Virus record (IMG/VR): IMGVR_UViG_3300034374_006030
Location: 1 to 24,497 of that record
Direction: 5' to 3' (one strand)
Length of the DNA: 24,497 bases
Source: a virus
Lineage: Duplodnaviria > Caudoviricetes
The position numbers and the translations under genes were made by a program. This document shows positions 6,441 to 14,292 of this stretch, one piece after another (position 1 is the stretch's first letter; each line of letters opens with the position of its first letter). Below the pieces are notes generated by a model that saw nothing but the letters and a program-made list of their open reading frames with translations, searched no databases and was not told the origin of the DNA.

Positions 6441-7418
6441 TTAATAAGTATTTCTTCCTAATGTTGTTTGGAAATCGTTTATTATTCCATCTAATGTTGT
6501 TATTTCACTCGTAGATAGTCCATCACCTATAGTTGTAAATTGTAATCTTCTATCACTATAACTCGCACTATCATTAAATAACCTTAAATTAAAATTAGGC
6601 AAACTATTAGTTTCAGTATGTGTTTTTGTATCTTGTAATGAACCATTTTTATAAGCGACTACATTTGTTGTTGATGTTCTTGATTGTATGTAACTACCTT
6701 TAGCATCAGCATTACTATAACTTAAAGCACTAACGGCACCTTTTGTATAATGCCATCCATAATATACATCACCAAATGACACTGCCATAATCAAATTATT
6801 ATTACCATCTCTATAACCAAACTCTGACCAACTTCCTGGTGTTTCAGTTCCAACATAAATTGAAGAGTGTGAAGAAATACCTGCTGTTGAACCAATTTCA
6901 ACATAAGCATTATATCCTGTATCACCATATGCGTTTGTTCCATTACCAGTTGAACCAGATATTCCATGCGTCATACCACCATTCCAAGTAATATCAAATG
7001 ATTTATCTAATTTAGCATTGATTGCGTGTGATGCCGCTGTTGCTCCCAGATATGGATACATCACGTATATCTTACTATAAAGTCCTGCTGACTTAAGTGA
7101 TGTGAATAATGTATCAGTAGCAGCACTCATCGTAGCATTTACAGTTCCTCCTGATGTAATTACATCTGCGAGATATGCTGCTGCGTCAGCATCAAATGAT
7201 GGTGTAGATGGCGTCGGTGTAATCGTCGGCGTCGGTGTAATCGTCGGGGTATTAGTTGGCGTAATAGTAGGGGTCGGAGTTATACTACTCGTAGGAGTAG
7301 GTGAAACTACGGGAGGGACACCGGGATTTACTGGTGCTTCCTTATCTGAAAAATACACCGTCTTTTTGAATCTATATACAGAATCCAAATGTAAAAAGTT
7401 ATGTCTATCTCCACCCAT
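6441..7418 (-). CDS. Pro/Thr-linker virion/adhesin-like protein (probable lectin/LamG-like beta domain), paralog B
   Basis: Start moved to 7418 (TAATG coupling). Short N-peptide, then (TP)n, then a DADAAAYL...MYPYLG...FQTTLGR domain. Confidence 0.65.
   Translation of the reverse strand: MGGDRHNFLHLDSVYRFKKTVYFSDKEAPVNPGVPPVVSPTPTSSITPTPTITPTNTPTITPTPTITPTPSTPSFDADAAAYLADVITSGGTVNATMSAATDTLFTSLKSAGLYSKIYVMYPYLGATAASHAINAKLDKSFDITWNGGMTHGISGSTGNGTNAYGDTGYNAYVEIGSTAGISSHSSIYVGTETPGSWSEFGYRDGNNNLIMAVSFGDVYYGWHYTKGAVSALSYSNADAKGSYIQSRTSTTNVVAYKNGSLQDTKTHTETNSLPNFNLRLFNDSASYSDRRLQFTTIGDGLSTSEITTLDGIINDFQTTLGRNTY
6918..7195. repeat. ~280-bp gap-free direct repeat, copy 1 (66 bp perfect at 6931-6996)
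   Basis: Aligns with 9563-9840 at a constant offset of 2645 bp. Confidence 0.9.
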
Positions 7419-8644
7419 TATACTCCTGAATCTCCGTTTATCGTCCAACCATAAGTTGTAATTAATGAATTTCTCGCTGTTTCAGCAGCACTACCCAAAG
7501 TATATGTCATTCCTTGAGCACCTAAATTAAGAAGTGGTCTGTAGGGTGGGGCTTGACCTTCCCATCCAATCAATAAATCATCATAATTTGTTGTGCTCAT
7601 ACCACAATTATCTAACATATTATACATTTGAGTAACATATTGTATATCCCATCCACTTATATCCTGATTAAAGGATGTGGCATCCAAAAATACACCTGAT
7701 AAACTTGTAATAAGTGAGCCACCAATACTCCAACCCGTTACATTACCATTGAATGATGTTGCTTCTCTAAATATATCTGTTATATCAACACCTGATTGGA
7801 ATGTCCAACTATTCAAATTTTGATTAAATGATGATGCTTTATAAAACATAGATGATAAATCACCAGAATTACTAACATCCCAACCACCAATATTTTGATT
7901 GAATGAGGAACAATCAGAGAACATCAAACTGAAATTACTTATATTACTCGTATTCCAACTTGTGACATTTGGTGAATTAAAATTAGAACAGAAAGCAAAC
8001 ATAGATAATGCGGAAGTATCACCTGTCAAATTTGGAAGAGTATTTAACATTCCTGTTAGATTACTACATCCTTCAAAATGTTGAGATAAACCATTAGTGG
8101 CATTTGTAAAATTACAAACATTATCACCCCAATTAATTAAATCAGTAACTCTTTCAGCACCATTAAGAACAACAGAACCGTGATAAATTTGTAATATTGT
8201 TTGACTTGTTGGAGGATATATTCTTATCCTATATGATTGATTACTTGATGCGTATGTATGAGATAATGAACCTGTTAATAAAATTGATTGATTCAAATCA
8301 ACATTACCATCACCCCAATCTATATTGATTAAACCACCCGTTACATTTACACCAGGACTATTGTATGTGAATTGTCCTGAAGGCATGAATATATCATAAG
8401 TATAGAAATCATCGGGGTCAGGAACACCACTTGGCGTAGGTGTCGGCGTCGGTGTATGTGACGGAGTTTGACTTGGACTGGCACCAGGAGTTAAACTTGG
8501 TGTAGGAGTATTCGTTGGAGTTATTGTCGGCGTAGGGGTGCTACTATAACTTGGCACAGGAGCATCATCAGGAGAGAACTTATCATAGAACCATACCTCA
8601 TCTTTATCCCTAAATCTTGACAATAAACCACGAAACTTACTCAT
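7418..8644 (-). CDS. DUF285/BspA-like repeat surface protein with PKD-like region and Pro/Thr linker
   Basis: ~25-26-aa repeats of the FNQ.I.GWDVS.V..M..MF..A.SFN type, an IDWGDG motif, and C-terminal NYDDLLIGW...GWTI.GD.G. Confidence 0.85.
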   Translation of the reverse strand: MSKFRGLLSRFRDKDEVWFYDKFSPDDAPVPSYSSTPTPTITPTNTPTPSLTPGASPSQTPSHTPTPTPTPSGVPDPDDFYTYDIFMPSGQFTYNSPGVNVTGGLINIDWGDGNVDLNQSILLTGSLSHTYASSNQSYRIRIYPPTSQTILQIYHGSVVLNGAERVTDLINWGDNVCNFTNATNGLSQHFEGCSNLTGMLNTLPNLTGDTSALSMFAFCSNFNSPNVTSWNTSNISNFSLMFSDCSSFNQNIGGWDVSNSGDLSSMFYKASSFNQNLNSWTFQSGVDITDIFREATSFNGNVTGWSIGGSLITSLSGVFLDATSFNQDISGWDIQYVTQMYNMLDNCGMSTTNYDDLLIGWEGQAPPYRPLLNLGAQGMTYTLGSAAETARNSLITTYGWTINGDSGV

Positions 8645-8828
8645 TATCTATTATGACTTTAACCTTATCTAAATAATAGTCCAAATCCATCGTATTACCC
8701 TTTGGTTTGAATGGATATGTCTTTATATTCCATTTATTACTACTCACACGATCACGAAAAGCAACATCAATTTTGATTATGTCAAACTCAATGTCATAAA
8801 CAAATCTATGAAATTTGTATTCACTCAT
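8637..8828 (-). CDS. Small hypothetical protein (63 aa)
   Basis: Start moved to MSEYKF (ATGAGTGA overlap with the upstream stop). Overlap-coupled on both sides. Confidence 0.65.
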   Translation of the reverse strand: MSEYKFHRFVYDIEFDIIKIDVAFRDRVSSNKWNIKTYPFKPKGNTMDLDYYLDKVKVIIDNE

Positions 8829-9045
8829 TTGGTAATGGAGGGGCTGGTTTTGGTTCATATTCACTTAAGGTTAGTGAATTAACCCAAGATACACTTGTAT
8901 TTTCATTACCATTAACCTCCTCCTCACTTATAACCCAATTATCGTTAATATCTTGAATAGGGTTAAAATATGTATCGTCAGTCCATTTTAAACCAACTAA
9001 TTCGTCTTTTTGACTTTCTGTTATTATTCCTACTAAATGTGACAT
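8821..9045 (-). CDS. Small partner protein (74 aa) of the upstream adhesin-like gene, possibly a fibre chaperone
   Basis: Start moved to MSHLVG, 1 nt after the upstream stop. Motif QKD.LVG....D.YFNPIQD..DNW.IS.EE. Confidence 0.6.
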   Translation of the reverse strand: MSHLVGIITESQKDELVGLKWTDDTYFNPIQDINDNWVISEEEVNGNENTSVSWVNSLTLSEYEPKPAPPLPNE

Positions 9046-9046
9046 T

Positions 9047-10042
9047 TTAATATGTATTTCTTCCAAGTGATGTTTGGAATGTGTTTATTATACCATCTAA
9101 TGTGGATACTTCAGTTGATGATAAACCTTCACCCATAAATGAGAATGCTAATGTTTGATTAGCATATCCATTAGAATAAGGAGTACCAGGAGGTGCGTCA
9201 AAATTAAAGTTCCAGAAGTAAATATTTGGTCCAGAGTCTGGTGAAACAGGTTTTGTATATGACGCAACATGCGAACCAATGAAACTTGTATTTCTATACA
9301 AATCTGCTTGTGTGCTTCCTGTTCTCGTAGTGATATATTGTCCGTCAATATTGCCACCATTTGGAGTCCTTAATCGCCCCGAAGCAGAACCACCTCTCAT
9401 AAAGTAATTACCAGGCCCATTATTACTACTAACAACCAATCTAAATGCTGTTCCATCATACTTACCCGTAATAAATTCCTCCGTTACTACTGGAGTATTA
9501 CTCGTTGTTTGATAAAAACCTATTGAAAAATCATCTTGAGGCCAATTAAAATAACTCCAATTTGTATCAGCATAAGCGTTTGTTCCATTACCAGTTGAAC
9601 CAGATATTCCATGCGTCATACCACCATTCCAAGTAATATCATATGATTTGTTAAGTAATGCGTTAATACTATGTGATGCCGCTGTTGATCCCAGATATGG
9701 ATACATTGCGTATAATTTACTATACAATGAATTACTCTTAAGTGATGTGAATAATGTGTCAGTAGCCGCACTCATCGTAGCATTTACTGTTCCACCTGAT
9801 GTAATTACATCAGCGAGATATGCTGCGGCATCAGGGTCAATGCCAGGTGCTGATGGAGTCGGTGTCATCGTAGGGGTTATAGTCGGTGTCGGAGTTACAC
9901 TACTCGTAGGGGTGGGTGATGGAATCACACCCGAAATTGTTTTAGCCTTAACAGGATAATAGATTAACGCTTTTTTGTATTGATTTGCGTAATATACTTC
10001 TTCCCATAAAACTGGCTTTCCGTTCTTATCTATATAAGGCAT
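9047..10042 (-). CDS. Pro/Thr-linker virion/adhesin-like protein, paralog A
   Basis: Same architecture as 6441..7418, with near-identical first ~90 aa of the domain and C-terminal LDGIIN.FQT.LGRNTY. Confidence 0.65.
   Translation of the reverse strand: MPYIDKNGKPVLWEEVYYANQYKKALIYYPVKAKTISGVIPSPTPTSSVTPTPTITPTMTPTPSAPGIDPDAAAYLADVITSGGTVNATMSAATDTLFTSLKSNSLYSKLYAMYPYLGSTAASHSINALLNKSYDITWNGGMTHGISGSTGNGTNAYADTNWSYFNWPQDDFSIGFYQTTSNTPVVTEEFITGKYDGTAFRLVVSSNNGPGNYFMRGGSASGRLRTPNGGNIDGQYITTRTGSTQADLYRNTSFIGSHVASYTKPVSPDSGPNIYFWNFNFDAPPGTPYSNGYANQTLAFSFMGEGLSSTEVSTLDGIINTFQTSLGRNTY
9563..9840. repeat. ~280-bp gap-free direct repeat, copy 2 (66 bp perfect at 9576-9641)
   Basis: See 6918-7195. 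Confidence 0.9.
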
Positions 10043-10063
10043 ACTTTAATTTAATATAATAAT

Positions 10064-10089
10064 GGGGGAAGGACAGATTTCCCTCCCCC
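10064..10089 (-). terminator. GC-rich stem-loop after the tail tube gene (partial terminator or stabiliser)
   Basis: The - strand reads GGGGGAGGGA-AATCTG-TCCTTCCCCC (10-bp stem, one G-U pair), followed by ATTATTAT rather than a U-run. Confidence 0.6.
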
Positions 10090-10108
10090 GTTTTTATTAT
10101 GGGGGTTA

Positions 10109-10678
10109 TTACTCCCTATCAACAGTGATGTTACTCGCTGTCAAGAATGTTGCCAAGTCAGTGGAAACATCCATTTGAGGAATACTAATGATTTCCTCTC
10201 CAACAAAAGTTAAATCATAAATCTGTTGGTCACCCGGAACAGATCCTGAATTGATTGTTGCTGCGGAAATATACAATCCACTTGGACTTACCAAGAAGTA
10301 TTTTCCACTCTTTAGTTTAACAACGAATACCGTTCCAACTGATTTAACCAACTCTTCATACAATGCTGTATATTCCTGGTCCCATCCCGGGATTTGAAAT
10401 TGTAAAGTTGGAACAAATGTGAAACTCAATGATTGAGTAACAACATTCACTTCTTCAGAAAGGACGGCCGCTGAGTTTCTTACCAAATCTATTTTCTTAA
10501 GTTCTCCCGCAGTTGAACCTGAGATTGCGGTTACTTGACCACCTGCGTCGTATGTAACAGATGCGAGGTTGATTGAAGTTCCTGTGGTAGTTAATACCCA
10601 TAAATCTTCAACACCTGCGATGTTATTAACACACGCATTTAGTGTAAGACCGCTTGTAATCACACAATTATTAGCCAT
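10109..10678 (-). CDS. Putative major tail tube protein
   Basis: 189 aa, directly after the capsid gene. The C.ITSG.TL..C.N..AGV N-terminus and SG..PGD...Y.LTF.GEE C-terminus are typical of this gene in Bacteroidota phages. Confidence 0.7.
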   Translation of the reverse strand: MANNCVITSGLTLNACVNNIAGVEDLWVLTTTGTSINLASVTYDAGGQVTAISGSTAGELKKIDLVRNSAAVLSEEVNVVTQSLSFTFVPTLQFQIPGWDQEYTALYEELVKSVGTVFVVKLKSGKYFLVSPSGLYISAATINSGSVPGDQQIYDLTFVGEEIISIPQMDVSTDLATFLTASNITVDRE

Positions 10679-10704
10679 ATCTTTTTGTTATTTGTTTAAG
10701 TTTA

Positions 10705-11625
10705 TTATGATATTCTCACACACAATGATGGGAAGAATATCTTAGCCCCCGCACGGAACTGAAGTGACATCCTTAACTGCCTTGTGTCAGCACTCCACCA
10801 CATCTCAGCGTTATTTGCGTCAGTCAAAAGGTCAGTTCCGTAAGCGATGTTCTTACCATAAGTAAGTAACGCTCTTCCCGCTCCAATCTCACTTGAAACA
10901 GCAACTGTATTAGTGGCGGGGATCATGATTGAACCAGGAGATTCTGATTGACCCTCAACAGTATATGCGAAGAAGTTCGCATCTCTTAAACCTAACAACA
11001 ACGCTTGGTAATCACTTCTGTTTAAGAATAAAACAGTTGGTGAGAACTGTAATGCGTCAGGTAAGTTTGTTACATAAGTATCAACAACCGTTAAAGCGTT
11101 TGTTGGTGTCATCGCTGAATATGTAACATTTACAGTTGTCGCTGAAGCGGCATCCAATTGAGCATTCAAACCATCAACACAATCTGTTGGTGATTCACCC
11201 TGCCAAATTTTTCTTTCTGTTGCGACTGCTGCCTTAGCAATCAAGTCGTTCAAGAATGCTTCCTCAGCACCTGATTCCTGATTGTAACTACCTGGCTGTA
11301 ATCTCAATCCCATTATGGTTGTAGCCAATTTTTCACTACAATATCCCTTTTGAATGTTGTAACTACAAACTTTTAATTCGGCTTCATCTAATACGATGTC
11401 ACCAAAGTCAGTGCTACAGTGACCAGTTGCTAAAATACTGTCAATATCACCAGTATCAAATGTTGGAACATACTCGCTATTTTTAATCTCAGGGAAAATA
11501 GAAACGAATTCCGTCATATTTGAACCGATGACAACTTTTGTCATCAACTCAGTTTCATTTGCTGAGACATAATCTACCATCCCAGTAATATCAAAACTGA
11601 AGTTCTCTTTTCTTAATTTACTCAT
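10705..11625 (-). CDS. Major capsid protein
   Basis: 306 aa, after the scaffold. Motifs E.KIWQG...DG, N...GTDLL.D and WWS.D.RQ.R...F.AG. Confidence 0.8.
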   Translation of the reverse strand: MSKLRKENFSFDITGMVDYVSANETELMTKVVIGSNMTEFVSIFPEIKNSEYVPTFDTGDIDSILATGHCSTDFGDIVLDEAELKVCSYNIQKGYCSEKLATTIMGLRLQPGSYNQESGAEEAFLNDLIAKAAVATERKIWQGESPTDCVDGLNAQLDAASATTVNVTYSAMTPTNALTVVDTYVTNLPDALQFSPTVLFLNRSDYQALLLGLRDANFFAYTVEGQSESPGSIMIPATNTVAVSSEIGAGRALLTYGKNIAYGTDLLTDANNAEMWWSADTRQLRMSLQFRAGAKIFFPSLCVRIS

Positions 11626-11630
11626 CTTAA

Positions 11631-12194
11631 TTATTTTTTTGATTTCAATTTATTAATTATTTCCAATCTCATTTTTGAGAAATCTTGATTTACTTTATTC
11701 TCTTGTTTGACTGGAGTGATGGACTCTGATTTTTTGAATTCGTTGTAGTCCTCAACGAATGAATTAAACTTGTTGTTGATTGCTTCTATTTCGCAATTAA
11801 AAGTCATTAACAAATCGTGAATGGCTTCTTTGAGTTGAGTGATTTCGTCTTGACCCATCTCTTCTTCTTCGGATGTTTCTTCAACTACTTCCTCAACAAC
11901 TTCTTCTTCAGAACCTTCTTCACGAACTTCAACCAAAACTGATTCTTCATCTAATACTATTTCTCTACCATCATCTAAACGATGTGTTCCAGCAGGAGCG
12001 GGTTCAAATCCTTCCTCTGTCTCTATGTAGATAGTATCACCGAGTGTAATATCACCTTCAGATTGGTTGGTTACAAAAACCTCACCTCCTTCAAGCGCTA
12101 CTCTCTCAAATTCAACTTTAGTTACTTCGTCATTAAACTTATAACCGACTAATGTAGCAATCTTGTCCAATGCTTCTTTATAATTATTTGGCAT
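11631..12194 (-). CDS. Putative capsid scaffolding protein
   Basis: Lies between protease and capsid. PAPAGTH.LDDGR.I..DE motif, Glu-rich linker, coiled coil and basic C-terminus. Confidence 0.65.
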   Translation of the reverse strand: MPNNYKEALDKIATLVGYKFNDEVTKVEFERVALEGGEVFVTNQSEGDITLGDTIYIETEEGFEPAPAGTHRLDDGREIVLDEESVLVEVREEGSEEEVVEEVVEETSEEEEMGQDEITQLKEAIHDLLMTFNCEIEAINNKFNSFVEDYNEFKKSESITPVKQENKVNQDFSKMRLEIINKLKSKK

Positions 12195-14292
12195 CTTCTT
12201 GATTATTTAATTGGTTTATTATATATCTAACTTCATCAATAAATACTTCATCATCATTCTTATACAAAGATTCTTTACTGTTCATTAGAATATCGTGTGA
12301 TTCACAAGGCATATAGTTTTCTCCGTGTTTATGGACTCCAACACATCCATACACTTCAACCCCATATTTCCTCGCTTCTTCTTCATTATCAAATAGTGGT
12401 AATCCATCAACCTCACCAACTTTTGTCATACCGACAGCGTTGAGATTACCTGGTCTTGAAAGGAATGAACCCTCCAATGAAATACCTGTTGTCTTATTAT
12501 TTAAGATATATTCTTCAAATACTTTTTTATTATCCCACTTGATTGTTGCCATCCAAGTTCCTTTATTTACCTTGAATCCCATCTTATTTGACTTATCGTT
12601 TTCAGGGTCATCAACAATCCAAGATTCATAGACATATCCTCCATTCAATTTTAACCCTGAATGTTCATAATTAAAGGATTTGTTCCTGTTCTGCTTGAAG
12701 AACTTACGAGCCATCTGTTTCACTGTGTCCTCACTGAAGAAAACATAGTATAATTCACCCATTTCGTTCCTTCTAACGATATATCTATTCGGCTCCATAA
12801 CAACAGTCGTAACCTCGTAATTGAGTTCATCTGCGAAGTCCTGTGACGTTTTAACTGGAACACATGCGGGAACTTCTCTACCATCAACAATCTTTGTTCC
12901 AATGGGTTCATAACCTTCCCAACAAGGATTTGGTGTAATGAACTCGTCCTGTTCTGATAATGGTAAGACATTATCAGGTTGTCCTTGAGTATCAGGATAT
13001 TGTTTTCTATAACACTTCAATCTGGCTTCATCTTCACCATAACCTGCGTCAAGTAAGTTTTGAACACAACCAAATCTCTCCTTCATCTCACCTCTGATTT
13101 GTTCTATCTTTCTTTCACTCCAACGTAATGCGGGTTCTCCACCCCAAAGTAAGTAAGAAATTGTTCCACATGCTTCAGTATCAGATGGGTCATAGTATTC
13201 AGATGCTCTTGATAGATACGAATACATTCTCACTATAGTTTCCTCTGAAATCGGTTCTCTATTCGCTAGTTGTTGAGCCCTGACTTTACCGACCTGAGTC
13301 GCACATTTGTTATTTACTTCCTCGTTCAATCTAATACCTCTCTCAGCCGCTTCTGATACTGCTTGAGGATAATCATCATATGACTCAAAATTCTCTATTT
13401 TAACACTGTTTAAGACCTTAACATCAGCATTGAAGTAGTTGTCATTTTCAGGAATACCACCAATAAACCCTTTCTTACCATCATACTCAATTAAACAGAT
13501 TGCTTCAGCAGCAGGTTCTCCCTCAAATAGAGCGTCTATGGAGTTATATACGACCAATCCTTCCAAAAGGTCTATGGCTCCCGTATAATCTTTAGACATA
13601 TAGATTTCATATTCTGTTAAACCACCTCTACCTGTCTGTAATTCTATGGTAGGTCTTGTTCCAAGTGTAGCAGAATTGATTGTTCTTTTGGCTCTCTTTG
13701 GAATCTTAGCAGCAAACTCTGATGGTGTTATACCTTCAGGGACATTGAATACAATCTTCTTGAATAGATGGCGACAATATTTACCCGATTTATATATCTT
13801 CAAATCAACTGTGGTATTTCTTGTTCTTGGAACTAACTTATATGAATTACCATCACTTGTTAATTCTGCTGAAATACGAGTTAAATCCTCATTTCTATAA
13901 ACCAAGTCCTTTCTGATGAACTCTCTACAGAGTTTTCTTGATTCTTTTATGAGTGTTGAACCTAATCCTACCCCAACAGCATAATAATACCTTATTATTT
14001 GTCCATTTCCGTCCATAGAAGGAGATATTTCCTTTGGTGTGGAGGATATGGTATAAAACTCTTCTTTCGTTACGTCAGAGACCTTAAAACCAGCGGAGTT
14101 TTCTAATAACCAACCCAAGTCCTCACCTTTATCACTAAACTCTTGTCTAATCTTACAATCATCACCACATTGTGTTTCATCTTCAAATATCTCCCACTGA
14201 TAATGTGTGGCAGGATTCTCAACAAGGGATAGTGCTTCTACACCTGATTCTTCGTCGTTCTCGTCTATATATAATTCTACTAATTTAATCAT
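12184..14292 (-). CDS. Multi-module prohead serine protease (XkdF-like / Peptidase S78_2-like)
   Basis: N-terminal ALSLVENPA. Core at aa ~487-610 with YYVFFSEDTV, NYEH, VYESWIV, KGTWM and GISLEG.F. About 450 aa of inserted modules lie between the two parts. Confidence 0.75.
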   Translation of the reverse strand: MIKLVELYIDENDEESGVEALSLVENPATHYQWEIFEDETQCGDDCKIRQEFSDKGEDLGWLLENSAGFKVSDVTKEEFYTISSTPKEISPSMDGNGQIIRYYYAVGVGLGSTLIKESRKLCREFIRKDLVYRNEDLTRISAELTSDGNSYKLVPRTRNTTVDLKIYKSGKYCRHLFKKIVFNVPEGITPSEFAAKIPKRAKRTINSATLGTRPTIELQTGRGGLTEYEIYMSKDYTGAIDLLEGLVVYNSIDALFEGEPAAEAICLIEYDGKKGFIGGIPENDNYFNADVKVLNSVKIENFESYDDYPQAVSEAAERGIRLNEEVNNKCATQVGKVRAQQLANREPISEETIVRMYSYLSRASEYYDPSDTEACGTISYLLWGGEPALRWSERKIEQIRGEMKERFGCVQNLLDAGYGEDEARLKCYRKQYPDTQGQPDNVLPLSEQDEFITPNPCWEGYEPIGTKIVDGREVPACVPVKTSQDFADELNYEVTTVVMEPNRYIVRRNEMGELYYVFFSEDTVKQMARKFFKQNRNKSFNYEHSGLKLNGGYVYESWIVDDPENDKSNKMGFKVNKGTWMATIKWDNKKVFEEYILNNKTTGISLEGSFLSRPGNLNAVGMTKVGEVDGLPLFDNEEEARKYGVEVYGCVGVHKHGENYMPCESHDILMNSKESLYKNDDEVFIDEVRYIINQLNNQEDAK

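Noticed and set aside
6918-9840. Diversity-generating retroelement TR/VR pair
   Set aside because: The mismatches I checked are mostly at third codon positions and are not adenine-specific in either copy. Both copies are inside intact genes, and no reverse transcriptase is present.
5827-9959. + strand Gly/Val-rich ORFs (5827..6045, 7102..7461, 9648..9959)
   Set aside because: These are antisense shadows of Pro/Thr-repeat and duplicated coding sequence.
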